The notes under the pieces are model-generated. The model worked only from the letters and a program-made list of their open reading frames with translations. It was not told where the DNA came from and did no database searches. The translations under genes and the position numbers were made by a program. 64,000 nucleotides of DNA, taken from an uncultured Verrucomicrobiota bacterium. GTDB taxonomy: Bacteria; Verrucomicrobiota; Verrucomicrobiia; Verrucomicrobiales; Verrucomicrobiaceae. The stretch lies in the NCBI GenBank assembly GCA_903838675.1, contig CAILZI010000111.1, forward strand, positions 224 to 64,223, given 5' to 3'. How positions within the stretch are numbered: the stretch's first letter is position 1; every line of letters starts with the position of its first letter. Below are positions 46,103-56,131 of this stretch, one piece after another.

Positions 46103-47562
46103 GGCGGTGTCGTCACACGGCGGCGGTGCGTGCGGACCATGTTGAGGTCCTTGAGCTTGCGCTGCAGGGTGCGGCGGCTCATGCCGAGCATCTCGGCGGC
46201 CACGGTGCGGTTGTTGCCGCTGCGCTGCAAAGCGGTGAGGATGAGATGGTGCTCGGCTTCGGTGATGTCGAGATCACTCTTCGGCTTGATTGCGGGATCG
46301 GCAGTGGCCCCGGTGGGTATGGCGGCGGTAGCGGCATCCTTGGCGGCGATCAATGACGGGGCGCGCAAACCAATGCCCAGGCCGTGCGGATTGAGCAGGT
46401 AAGAGGGCAGGTGCTTGAGCATGACGCGGTTGCTGTTGCTCATGACCACGCCGTGCTCGATGGCGGCGCGCAGTTCGCGGATGTTGCCGGGCCAGTCGTA
46501 ATTCATCATCGCAGGCAGGGCGTCTTCGCCGAGCGGCTTGTAAGTTTTACCATTGGCCTTGGCGAGTTCCTTCAGGAAGTGATCCGCCAGCACGGAGATG
46601 TCGCTCTTGCGGGCGCGTAGCGGGGGAAGCTGGATGGTGACCACTCGCAGACGCCAGTAGAGATCCTCACGGAATTTACCTTCCTCCACCATCTTGGCGA
46701 GGTCGCGGTTCGTGGCGGCAATGACGCGGACGTTGATCGAGATCGGTTTGCTGCTGCCGACGCGTTCGATGGTCTGCTCGCCAAGAGCGCGAAGAAGCTT
46801 CACTTGGGTGCTGGCGTCGATCTCACCGATTTCATCGAGGAAGAGCGTGCCACCATTGGCCTGCTCAAAGCGGCCGATGCGGCGCTCCTGAGCACCGGTG
46901 AAGGCGCCTTTCTCGTGGCCGAAGAGTTCGCTTTCGAGGATCTGCGGGGAGAGCGCCGCGCAGTGTACGGAAACGATGTTCGCCTTGGGCCGGCCGCTGA
47001 GATTGTGAATGGCACGCGCCACGAGCTCTTTGCCGGTGCCGCTCTCGCCTTCGATCAAGACGGTGGCGCGGGAGGGGGCCACCTGCTGGATGGTGTCGAT
47101 GATGGGTTTCATCACCTCCGCCTGACCGAGGATGCCTTCGATGGAGAACTTGCGCTCCACCTGCTGCTTCAACGCGACGTTTTCATGCTCCAGCGAGCGG
47201 CTGCGGAGGGCACGCTTGATGAGAATCTCCACCTCATCGAGATTCAAAGGCTTGGTGACGAAATGGTAGGCACCCCGGCGCATGGCCTCCACGGCGGTGT
47301 CGACGCTGCCATAGGCCGTCATCATGATGCAGACCGGCGGCTTGGGAAGAGCCAGGGCGGCATCGAGCAGCTTCATGCCATCGTCCTCGCCGAGGCGGAG
47401 GTCGGTGAGCATGACGTCGATGCGGTCGTTGTTGAGGTATTCCATCGCCTCGGCGGCGTTTGAAGCCACGTAGCAGTCGAAGTCATCCTCCAGCGAAAGG
47501 CGCAGGCCATCGCGGGTGTGCTTTTCGTCATCGACGATCAGAACTGTGGCTTGGTCGTTCAT
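46084..47562 (-). CDS. Sigma54-dependent NtrC-family response regulator
   Basis: Receiver LIVDDE / LTD / MMTAY / KP; AAA+ GESGTGKE, GAFTGA, LFLDEIG, RVIAATN, WPGNIREL; C-terminal Fis-type HTH. No kinase adjacent. Confidence 0.95.
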   Translation of the reverse strand: MNDQATVLIVDDEKHTRDGLRLSLEDDFDCYVASNAAEAMEYLNNDRIDVMLTDLRLGEDDGMKLLDAALALPKPPVCIMMTAYGSVDTAVEAMRRGAYHFVTKPLNLDEVEILIKRALRSRSLEHENVALKQQVERKFSIEGILGQAEVMKPIIDTIQQVAPSRATVLIEGESGTGKELVARAIHNLSGRPKANIVSVHCAALSPQILESELFGHEKGAFTGAQERRIGRFEQANGGTLFLDEIGEIDASTQVKLLRALGEQTIERVGSSKPISINVRVIAATNRDLAKMVEEGKFREDLYWRLRVVTIQLPPLRARKSDISVLADHFLKELAKANGKTYKPLGEDALPAMMNYDWPGNIRELRAAIEHGVVMSNSNRVMLKHLPSYLLNPHGLGIGLRAPSLIAAKDAATAAIPTGATADPAIKPKSDLDITEAEHHLILTALQRSGNNRTVAAEMLGMSRRTLQRKLKDLNMVRTHRRRVTTPPQELVS

Positions 47563-47627
47563 GTGTGAAGGAATGGCACACTATGGAAGGTGAAGGCGCG
47601 GGCGGCAATCGTGGAGGTGGAATAATT

Positions 47628-47646
47628 GTTGACTGACCGTCTAGTC
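47628..47646. promoter_or_regulatory. Putative TetR operator overlapping the tetR -35 box (TTGACT)
   Basis: GACT-N8-AGTC palindrome; 13/19 match to the reverse complement of 48302-48320. Confidence 0.55.
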
Positions 47647-47680
47647 TGTTTTAAACCTCGCCACCTTTCTTTAAATTGCC

Positions 47681-48277
47681 ATGGGACGCACCTCCACTGC
47701 CAAAGATCGTCTGATTGATGCCATGATCGAACTGATCTGGGCGGGCAGCTATGGCAGCACCTCGGTGGATCATATTTGCGACAGGGCAGGGGTGAAGAAA
47801 GGCAGCTTTTACCACTTCTTTGAGTCCAAAACTGAGCTGGCCCTCACCGCCATCGAACATAGCTGGATAGAGCACCGCAAGGAGCTGGACCAGATCTTTT
47901 CCCCTGTGGTACCCCCGGTGGAGCGCATCCTGAACTGCTTCCGCAATTTCCGGCAGGAGCAGGAGGAACTCTTTAAAAAGCATGGCCGGGTGCTGGGCTG
48001 CCCGATCCATTCCCTGGGGGCGGAGGTCAGCACGGTGGACGAGCGCCTGCGCGACAAACTGCAGGAGATCCTGAGCCAGTTCATCCGCTACTACGAGAGC
48101 GCCATCCGCGATGCCCAGGCACAGGGCAGCATTGTCACACATGATGCTATGGCCCTGGCACGCATCGTGTTTGCCTACAGCGAGGGGCTGCTGCTCCACG
48201 CCCGCATGTGGAATGACCTCGGCCGGCTGGATGAATTTGAGTCCGGCGCCAAGATCATCTTGGGCGTCAAAGGCTGA
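47681..48277 (+). CDS. TetR/AcrR-family regulator (NemR/ComR-like)
   Basis: SVDHICDRAGVKKGSFYHFFESK HTH; GCPIHSLGAEVS. Confidence 0.92.
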   Translation: MGRTSTAKDRLIDAMIELIWAGSYGSTSVDHICDRAGVKKGSFYHFFESKTELALTAIEHSWIEHRKELDQIFSPVVPPVERILNCFRNFRQEQEELFKKHGRVLGCPIHSLGAEVSTVDERLRDKLQEILSQFIRYYESAIRDAQAQGSIVTHDAMALARIVFAYSEGLLLHARMWNDLGRLDEFESGAKIILGVKG

Positions 48278-48301
48278 TCCTGTGCCCATTTTTTGCTTTC
48301 A

Positions 48302-48320
48302 AACTAACCGACTAGTCAAC
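48302..48320. promoter_or_regulatory. Second putative TetR operator, upstream of the RND operon
   Basis: aactaaccgactagtcaac, related to 47628-47646. Confidence 0.5.
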
Positions 48321-48345
48321 TTCACACCCAAAACCAACGCGCCTC

Positions 48346-49500
48346 GTGAAACTTCAAACCCTTCTCCCCTTCGTCCTGCTCCTCGCCGCCTGTGGCAAAC
48401 CGCCTGCGGGTGGTCACGGCGGCGGTCAGATGCCTCCGGCTCCGGTGACGCTCGCGCCGGTCGAGCAGAAAGAACTCGTCGAGTGGGAAGAATTCACCGG
48501 GCGTGTCGAGCCGATGGAGACCGTGGAACTGAAACCGCGTGTGTCCGGCTACATCACCGAAGTTCATTTCCAGGCCGGGGCCATGGTCAAGAAGGGGGAC
48601 GTGCTGTTCATCATCGACCAGCGTCCGTTTGAGACCCGGCTGCGTTCCACGGGTGCCGAGGTGGCACGTGCCGAGGCCAATGCGCAGGGGATGAAGCGTG
48701 AGTTTGACCGCGTGCAGACCCTGCTCGCGGCGAAAGCCATCGCCCCAGAGCAGGCGGAAGCGCGTGAGTCGATGAACCTGCAGGCACTCGCCGGACTGGA
48801 AGCCGCCAAGGCTGCGCAGCACAGCGCGGAAATTGAATTCGAGCACAGCTCGGTGAAGGCACCAATCAGCGGCCGCATCAGCCGTGCGATCACGACCACG
48901 GGCAATTTTGTTACTGCAGGCAGCACGCTGCTTACGACCATCGTGACGGTGGACCCCGTGTATGTGTATGCGGACATCGATGAAAACAGCCTGCTGAAAC
49001 TGCAGGCGATGCAGCGCAGCAAGACGACCTTCACCAATGGTGACGGCCGCGTGCCCGTGGAGCTCCAGCTCTCCAATGAGAAGGGCTTTCCGCATCAAGG
49101 ACACATTGAGTCCTTTGACAACCGCCTGGACGCAGGCACCGGCAGCATGGTGTTGCGTGCAGAGTTTTCGAATGCTGACAACATTCTCACCCCCGGCCTG
49201 TTTGCGCGCATTCGCATCCCCATGACGGGCAAATACAAGGCGCTGCTGGTCGATGAAAAAAGCATTCTCACCGATCAGGCCAACAAGTTTGTACTTGGGA
49301 TTGATGAATCCAAAACGCCTGCGTTGTCGGTTTACAAACCCATCGTGATCGGGCCAAACATCGACGGCAAGCGCATCATCCGCAGCGGCCTGGTGCCGGG
49401 AGACAAGATCATTGTCAATGGACAGGCGCGTCTGCCGCAGCCCGGCATGCCGGTGCAGCCGGTGGAAGCACCGCCAGCCAAGGAAACGGCGGCCAAGTAA
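48346..49500 (+). CDS. RND efflux periplasmic adaptor (MexE/AcrA-like lipoprotein)
   Basis: LLAAC lipobox, EFTGRV, KPRVSGYI, VKAPISGRI, TPGLFAR. Confidence 0.93.
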   Translation: MKLQTLLPFVLLLAACGKPPAGGHGGGQMPPAPVTLAPVEQKELVEWEEFTGRVEPMETVELKPRVSGYITEVHFQAGAMVKKGDVLFIIDQRPFETRLRSTGAEVARAEANAQGMKREFDRVQTLLAAKAIAPEQAEARESMNLQALAGLEAAKAAQHSAEIEFEHSSVKAPISGRISRAITTTGNFVTAGSTLLTTIVTVDPVYVYADIDENSLLKLQAMQRSKTTFTNGDGRVPVELQLSNEKGFPHQGHIESFDNRLDAGTGSMVLRAEFSNADNILTPGLFARIRIPMTGKYKALLVDEKSILTDQANKFVLGIDESKTPALSVYKPIVIGPNIDGKRIIRSGLVPGDKIIVNGQARLPQPGMPVQPVEAPPAKETAAK

Positions 49501-49530
49501 TCACGAAGCGAAACAACCCTCACACGCTTC

Positions 49531-52500
49531 ATGAACATTTCACGTTTCTTCATCACTCGCCCCATATTCGCGGGGGTGCTCTCGCTGCTGATTTTCATCC
49601 TCGGCGCCATCTCGTTGTTTCAACTGCCGATTTCCGAATACCCGGAAGTTGCGCCACCGACAGTCATTGTCACCGCGACCTATCCCGGTGCTAATCCGAA
49701 GACCATTGCCGAAACCGTGGCTTCGCCTTTGGAGCAGACGATCAACGGCATTGAGAACATGCTTTACATGTCATCGCAAAGCACGGCGAACGGCGTGATG
49801 ACGCTCACGGTCACCTTCAAGATCGGCACGGAGCTGGACCTCGCGCAGATGCAGGTGCAGAACCGAGTGGCTCAGGTGCTGCCAAAGCTGCCTGAGGAAG
49901 TGCGCCGCTTTGGGGTCACCACGGTGAAGTCATCGCCCAACATGACGCTCGTCGTGCATCTGCTGTCCCCAAATGACCGATATGACGAGATCTACCTGCG
50001 CAATTACGCGACGCTTAATGTGAAGGACGAACTGACACGCCTCTCGGGTGTCGGCCAGGTCAACATCTTCGGTGGCGGTGAGTATGCGATGCGCGTGTGG
50101 ATTGATCCCGACAAGGCGGCCGCGCGAGGCCTGACCTCGGGCGACATCGTGAACGCCATTCGCGAGCAGAACATCCAGGTGGCGGCAGGCACCATCGGCC
50201 AGCAACCCACTCAGGATTCCGCCTTTGAACTGACGGTGAATGCCAAGGGGCGCCTCATCAGCGAGGAGGAGTTTGACCAGATCATTGTCAAAATCGGGCC
50301 GCATGGTGAGAAACTTCGCCTGCGCGATGTCGCACGCGCTGAGATGGGATCGGGTGATTATTCGCTGCGCGCCCTGCTAAACAACAAGCGCGCTGTAGGC
50401 ATGGGCGTGTTTCAGCTGCCTGGAGCGAACGCACTCGCTGTGTCCAAGGCCGTGCGTTCCTGCATGACGGAACTGAAAAAGAAAATGCCCGAAGGCGTTG
50501 ATTACGCCATCGCCTACGACCCCACGGTGTTCGTTGAGAAATCCATCGACGCCGTCATTCACACGCTCATTGAGGCGCTGCTGCTCGTCGTGCTCGTCGT
50601 CGTGCTCTTCCTGCAGACCTGGCGTGCTTCGATCATCCCGCTGGCGGCAGTGCCGGTGTCGCTCGTCGGCACCTTTGCGGTGATGCATGCCCTCGGTTTT
50701 TCCATCAACAACCTCTCGCTCTTCGGCCTCGTGCTGGCGATTGGCATCGTGGTGGATGACGCCATCGTGGTCGTCGAAAACGTCGAGCGAAACATTCAGA
50801 ACGGTCTCAAGCCGCTGGCGGCGACTCAGCAGGCCATGACGGAGGTGACCGGGCCCATCGTTGCCACGGCGCTGGTGCTATGCGCGGTCTTCATCCCGAC
50901 GGCGTTCATCAGCGGATTGAGCGGCCAGTTCTATAAACAGTTCGCCGTCACCATTGCCATCTCCACCGTCATTTCAGCCATCAATTCCCTCACGCTTTCC
51001 CCGGCGCTCTCCGCTTTGCTGCTGAAAGGGCATGGCGACAAGCGCGACATGCTCACCAAGCTGATTGATGCCCTGTTTGGCTGGTTCTTCCGGCCGTTCA
51101 ACCGCTTCTTTGAATGGTCCTCCAACGTGTACGTGGGCATTGTGAAGCGCATCATCCGCTTCAGCGCAATTGCGCTCATCATTTACGGCGGACTTGTCTG
51201 GGCGACGTGGAAAGGCTTTGAAATCGTGCCTGAAGGCTTCGTGCCTGGACAGGACAAGCAGTACCTCGTCGGCTTCGCGCAGTTGCCGGACGGCGCATCT
51301 CTCGACCGCACTGACGATGTCATGCGCCGCATGTCGAAGATAGCCATGGACCATCCCGGGGTGAAAGACGCCATCGCCTTCCCGGGCTTGTCGATCCAAG
51401 GATTCACCATCAGCCCCAATGCAGGCATCGTTTTCGTCGGCCTCGACAATTTCGAAGAACGCACCACACCCGAGCTGAGCGGCGGAGCCATCGCCAATGC
51501 GCTCAACGGAAAATTCATGGCCATTCAGGATGCAATGATCATGATGTTCCCACCGCCGCCCGTCAATGGCATCGGTACCACGGGCGGGTTCAAACTCATG
51601 GTCGAAGATCGTGGCAATCAGGGCTACGCAGCACTTTACCAGGCCACACAAAAGCTCGTTGGCATGGCGTATGGCAGCCAGAAGCTCACGCAGGTTTACT
51701 CCGGCTACACCGTCAACGTCCCGCAGATCGAAGCGGATGTGGATCGTGAAAAAGCCAAGATCCAGGGCGTGCCGCTCGCGAATCTCTTTGAAACCCTGCA
51801 GATCAATCTGGGCAGTCTGTACGTGAATGACTTCAATCGCTTCGGCCGCACCTATCAGGTCGTCGCCCAGGCTGAGCAGCAGTTCCGTGACAACGCCAGC
51901 GACATCACGCGGCTCAAGACGCGCAATGCTGCGGGAGAAATGGTTTCTGTCGGGTCGTTGGTGAAAGTGAAGGAGGGATTCGGGCCGGATCGAGTCACGC
52001 ATTACAACGGCTATCTTGCCGCCGACCTGAATGGCGCACCGCTGCCACCGCTGAGTTCCGGCCAGGCTGAAGAGCTCATCTCCAAGCTGGCGAAAGACGG
52101 TCTGCCGGGGGGATTTGAATTTGAGTGGACCGACCTCACGTACCAAAAGATCATCGCAGGCAATACGGCCATCTACATTTACCCGCTCTGCATCCTGCTG
52201 GTTTTCATGGTGCTCGCTGCCCAGTATGAAAGTCTGCGGCTGCCGCTGGCCATCATCTTGATCGTGCCGCTGTGCCTGTTGTTTGCCCTGGCTGGTGTGA
52301 TGATCACTGGAGGGGACAACAACATCTTCACGCAGATTGGGTTCATCGTGCTGATTGGTCTCGCGTGTAAAAACGCCATTCTCATCGTTGAGTTTGCGAA
52401 GGAGAAATTCGACCACGGCCTGAGCCCCTTGGAGGCGGCCATCGAGTCCTGCCGCCTGCGTCTGCGTCCGATTTTGATGACATCCATCGCCTTCATCGCC

Positions 52501-52713
52501 GGGGTGTATCCGCTTGTTGTCTCCACCGGTGCGGGTGCTGAGATGCGCCGCGCCATGGGCACCGCCGTGTTTGCCGGCATGATCGGGGTGACCTTCCTCG
52601 GTCTGTTCTTCACGCCGGTGTTCTATGTGCTGGTGATGAAGCTTGGGCGGAAGAAAAAAGCCGCCGCTCCTGCTGCTGAGATTCCCGCCACCGTCCTTCC
52701 TGTCCCTCATTGA
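49531..52713 (+). CDS. RND efflux permease (HAE1, MexF-like)
   Basis: FFITRPIFA, LPISEYP, GIVVDDAIVVVENVER, KNAILIVEFA, RLRPILMTS. Confidence 0.96.
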   Translation: MNISRFFITRPIFAGVLSLLIFILGAISLFQLPISEYPEVAPPTVIVTATYPGANPKTIAETVASPLEQTINGIENMLYMSSQSTANGVMTLTVTFKIGTELDLAQMQVQNRVAQVLPKLPEEVRRFGVTTVKSSPNMTLVVHLLSPNDRYDEIYLRNYATLNVKDELTRLSGVGQVNIFGGGEYAMRVWIDPDKAAARGLTSGDIVNAIREQNIQVAAGTIGQQPTQDSAFELTVNAKGRLISEEEFDQIIVKIGPHGEKLRLRDVARAEMGSGDYSLRALLNNKRAVGMGVFQLPGANALAVSKAVRSCMTELKKKMPEGVDYAIAYDPTVFVEKSIDAVIHTLIEALLLVVLVVVLFLQTWRASIIPLAAVPVSLVGTFAVMHALGFSINNLSLFGLVLAIGIVVDDAIVVVENVERNIQNGLKPLAATQQAMTEVTGPIVATALVLCAVFIPTAFISGLSGQFYKQFAVTIAISTVISAINSLTLSPALSALLLKGHGDKRDMLTKLIDALFGWFFRPFNRFFEWSSNVYVGIVKRIIRFSAIALIIYGGLVWATWKGFEIVPEGFVPGQDKQYLVGFAQLPDGASLDRTDDVMRRMSKIAMDHPGVKDAIAFPGLSIQGFTISPNAGIVFVGLDNFEERTTPELSGGAIANALNGKFMAIQDAMIMMFPPPPVNGIGTTGGFKLMVEDRGNQGYAALYQATQKLVGMAYGSQKLTQVYSGYTVNVPQIEADVDREKAKIQGVPLANLFETLQINLGSLYVNDFNRFGRTYQVVAQAEQQFRDNASDITRLKTRNAAGEMVSVGSLVKVKEGFGPDRVTHYNGYLAADLNGAPLPPLSSGQAEELISKLAKDGLPGGFEFEWTDLTYQKIIAGNTAIYIYPLCILLVFMVLAAQYESLRLPLAIILIVPLCLLFALAGVMITGGDNNIFTQIGFIVLIGLACKNAILIVEFAKEKFDHGLSPLEAAIESCRLRLRPILMTSIAFIAGVYPLVVSTGAGAEMRRAMGTAVFAGMIGVTFLGLFFTPVFYVLVMKLGRKKKAAAPAAEIPATVLPVPH

Positions 52714-52720
52714 TCCTGTT

Positions 52721-54232
52721 ATGCGCCTCTTACTTACCTTTCTTCTCGCGACCAATGCCCTCGCCCAAATCGGGCCGGATTACGAACGTCCTGAAACGGT
52801 GACGCCGCCGAACTACAAATCCGCCATCCAGTGGCGTGAGGCGCGTCCGTTGGACTCCTTGCCAAAGGGCGCATGGTGGCGCGTGTATGGTGATGCGAAA
52901 CTGAACGATCTGATGGAACGCGCCACGGCGCACAACCAGACGTTGAAGGCGGCGGTCGCGCGTTTCGACCAGGCGCGTGCCGGCACCGGCATCGCCCGTG
53001 CCGCCTTCTTTCCCTCGGCGGACATCAATTCGACGTTCTATACGCAGCGGACCTCGCCGAACATGCCGAGCGCCTTTCCTCTGCATGGCCTGCATTATGT
53101 CGGGCCTGGCTACAACGTGCCGATCGATTTCACCTGGGAGCTTGATCTGTGGGGCAAGATCCGCCGGCAGGTGGAAAGCGCACGTGCGGATGCCTCCGCC
53201 GTGGCCAGCGTGATGCAAAATGTACTGCTCGGCATGCATGCCGATGTCGCCACCAATTACTTCCGCATCCGTGCTCTCGATGGCGAACTGCAAACCGTGC
53301 GTGCCGCAGTCGGCTGGCGCAGGCAGGCGCTGGACATTGCGCGTGCACGCGTCAAAGCCGGTGCGGGCAGCGAACTGGAGCAGGCGCAGGCGGAGACTGA
53401 AGTGGCCACCGCCGAGGCGGAGGTGAGCGCCCTGCAGAATCAGCGCGACCAGCTTGAAAACGGCATCGCCCTGCTGACCGGCACGAATCCCAGCGCCTTC
53501 AAGTTCAGCGGCAATGCCAGCCTGCTGCCCACACCTCCGGTCATACCCACAGGTATTCCCAGCGACCTGCTGGAACGCCGCCCCGATGTGGCTGCGGCAG
53601 AACGCACGCTCGCCTCAGCCACAGCGCAAATCGGTGTGGTGAAAGGAAACTTCTTTCCCAGCATCAAGCTGATCGGGCATGGTGGCTACCTCAGCGGTGA
53701 TGCGGCCAAGCTCTTCGAGGTCAGCAGTCTCAACTGGAACGTCGGACCCAGCATCAGCGTGCCTTTGATGGCGGGTGGCAGGAACCGGGCTGCGGCAGAG
53801 CGCAGCCGCGCCGCGCATGATGAGGCGCTGGCCAACTACAGGCAGGCCGTTCTGGTCTCCTTTGGCGATGTCGAAAACGCACTCGCCGCCCTGCGCAATC
53901 TCAGCAATCAGACCGAGGCGCAGCATCGTGCGCGCGACAGCGCCCAGCTGGCGGCCAAGATCGCTCATGCTCGCTACGAGGCGGGCACGAGTCCTTATCT
54001 GGATGTGATCGAAGCCAACCGCTCCCTGCTCACCACAGAACGTGCCTGCGCCACGCTTGCCGGGCAGCGTTTGATCGCCAGCGTCAGTTTGATCAAGGCG
54101 CTCGGTGGCGGTTGGGATCAAAGCCTGCCTGTCACGGTTCCCGTCGCGACGGCTGACCCTGCGGCGCGTGGTTCGACCGCTGAGAAGAAAGGCTTCTTCA
54201 CGAAGGTGAAGGGCTGGTTCAAGCGGGATTGA
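52721..54232 (+). CDS. RND outer-membrane factor (NodT/OprN-like)
   Basis: GPDYERP, WWRVYGD, WELDLWG, PSDLLERRPDV, LIKALGGGW. Start moved to ATG 52721. Confidence 0.92.
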   Translation: MRLLLTFLLATNALAQIGPDYERPETVTPPNYKSAIQWREARPLDSLPKGAWWRVYGDAKLNDLMERATAHNQTLKAAVARFDQARAGTGIARAAFFPSADINSTFYTQRTSPNMPSAFPLHGLHYVGPGYNVPIDFTWELDLWGKIRRQVESARADASAVASVMQNVLLGMHADVATNYFRIRALDGELQTVRAAVGWRRQALDIARARVKAGAGSELEQAQAETEVATAEAEVSALQNQRDQLENGIALLTGTNPSAFKFSGNASLLPTPPVIPTGIPSDLLERRPDVAAAERTLASATAQIGVVKGNFFPSIKLIGHGGYLSGDAAKLFEVSSLNWNVGPSISVPLMAGGRNRAAAERSRAAHDEALANYRQAVLVSFGDVENALAALRNLSNQTEAQHRARDSAQLAAKIAHARYEAGTSPYLDVIEANRSLLTTERACATLAGQRLIASVSLIKALGGGWDQSLPVTVPVATADPAARGSTAEKKGFFTKVKGWFKRD

Positions 54233-54279
54233 GATCCCTTTCCTCGCGCATGGAGAACTGTGCTCTCCATTGTCTTGAA

Positions 54280-56115
54280 CTACTTCGCCTGCTTCGGCTT
54301 GAAGATATTGATTCCGGCTATCTGCAGCAGGGCGTTGTTGGTGATGTAGAAAATATCGGGATCGTTTTTGATCTGACCAAAATAGAATGCAGTGCTGGCA
54401 TTGGGCTGTGTTGGTGAGAAGAGAATTTCGATTTCACGCACAGGGCCGTCGGTGCGGCCGGGTTCGCCGAGAACGATCTGGATGGTGATGAAGGGAGTTT
54501 TCAAGGCTTGGAGCGCATCGCTGCGGTCGGCCGCCCAGTCCTGCACGGTGAAGCGCGAGAGGTTGCCGGCAAGCTGATCAGCTTTCACACGGTCGATCTC
54601 AGCGGTGACATCATGGCCGGCTTTTGAGACTTTCCATTCGGCAGTGACGGGGTTGTAGTCGAGCACGGTGGGTGCATTCGCACCTTGGGCCATGGTGATG
54701 CGGCGCAGGGCGAAGGTGGTGAATCGCAGGGCTCCGAGGCCTTTCCATTTGATGCCGTCGGTGGGCAGAGAAGGAAGCAGGGAGGCATCAATGCGGTAGA
54801 CGAAGGGCTCGTTGTCGTATTTGGCAAAGAACTGGGTGTTTTCCGCATTGTGGCCAAACATGAGCTTCACCGGCTTTTCACGCTGCGGAGTCCAGGTGAC
54901 GGTCTGGAAGGGATCGTCCAGGCCAAAGGGGGTGAGATCAGCGGCGGAATCCGCGGCGAACTGGAGAATTTCATAGGTGTTGAGTGCGTTGAGGCAGCGT
55001 GAGACACGATCGCCGTTGGCGGGGTCCCAGTTGCCATGGCGCTGGAGGTACCATGAACCGCCTTCGTTGCGCAGGTTGATCTCCGGGTGGGTCTTGCTGG
55101 TGATGGTGATGAAGTCGAGCCGCTCGCCGTCGATCTGCGCCAGCAGGTGGTCGCGCAGGGCATTGGGACTGACCCAGAGGGAGAGGAGGTTTTTGGCTAC
55201 GACGGTAAAAGCAGGTTTGCGATAGGCGGTGGTCGCGGTGGTGACCGCCTGTTTGTCATCGGCGGGTTTCTTGAGCGTGTACTCAAAAGACTTGCCGCGT
55301 GTCTTGGATTCGACGGTGACTTTGATTTCGTCGGCATGGGCGGTCTGCGCGTCTTCCTTGGTCGTGGCGGTGACATCCTTGGCCTCGGTGATTTCGATGT
55401 TGAGGATGGTGGAGAGCAGTTCGGTGATGCGTTCCTTGCTGCCGCGTGTCTTGAGCGGTTTTTCGAGCAGCCAGGGCGCATGCTCGTTTTCACGACTGAG
55501 CACGATCTGACCGGAGGGCTGGTTCAAGGTGATGCTGGTGATGACCTCCGCCGGCAGCCGCAGGAGCTTGGGGTCGCGCCAGGAGGCGGCGGGAATCTGC
55601 AGGACCTCGGGGGCTTCGCTTTTGGCGAGATACCAGGATGTGCCAGAGTGGCCGGGGTCTGGAATGCCGATGTAGAGGCTGTTTTCGACGACTGCGGGGG
55701 AGCCGAACCAGCATTCATAGAGCGGCGCATCCCCGGCGAGAAGGCGCACCTTAAAGCGGGGTTTGTCGAGTCCGGTTTTCTGCCACTCGGCCGCATCAAA
55801 TTCCTCCCGATGAATGCGCTCGATCCACTCGACTCCGTGGAGGGTGAGAATGAGCGCGGCGACTTTTTGCGGATCGGCCAGATCGTCATAGGGCGCTTCG
55901 ATCCGCCAGGCAGAGCCGTCACGCACGAGGGTGAGCGGCACATTTTCAGCGGTGAGGATTTCGATGCGGGTGACCTTCTCTCTTTCGAAGCGAGTGGGGC
56001 CCCGCCTGACATCAATTCTATCCACCGCGGATGGGAAGTAGCGCTCGATGCCGAGGATGATCGCCCCCATGGCGGCAACGAGCAGGAACAGGAGAAGAGT
56101 GGTGCGTGCGCTCAT
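54280..56115 (-). CDS. DUF4340 domain protein (two repeats)
   Basis: N-terminal TM anchor; repeated W-x-L/I...AD/GS...V..LL..L and FGL(D/E)xP motifs; last gene of a Gld-like ABC operon. Confidence 0.75.
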   Translation of the reverse strand: MSARTTLLLFLLVAAMGAIILGIERYFPSAVDRIDVRRGPTRFEREKVTRIEILTAENVPLTLVRDGSAWRIEAPYDDLADPQKVAALILTLHGVEWIERIHREEFDAAEWQKTGLDKPRFKVRLLAGDAPLYECWFGSPAVVENSLYIGIPDPGHSGTSWYLAKSEAPEVLQIPAASWRDPKLLRLPAEVITSITLNQPSGQIVLSRENEHAPWLLEKPLKTRGSKERITELLSTILNIEITEAKDVTATTKEDAQTAHADEIKVTVESKTRGKSFEYTLKKPADDKQAVTTATTAYRKPAFTVVAKNLLSLWVSPNALRDHLLAQIDGERLDFITITSKTHPEINLRNEGGSWYLQRHGNWDPANGDRVSRCLNALNTYEILQFAADSAADLTPFGLDDPFQTVTWTPQREKPVKLMFGHNAENTQFFAKYDNEPFVYRIDASLLPSLPTDGIKWKGLGALRFTTFALRRITMAQGANAPTVLDYNPVTAEWKVSKAGHDVTAEIDRVKADQLAGNLSRFTVQDWAADRSDALQALKTPFITIQIVLGEPGRTDGPVREIEILFSPTQPNASTAFYFGQIKNDPDIFYITNNALLQIAGINIFKPKQAK

Positions 56116-56131
56116 GCGTCAAAGTCGGTGT

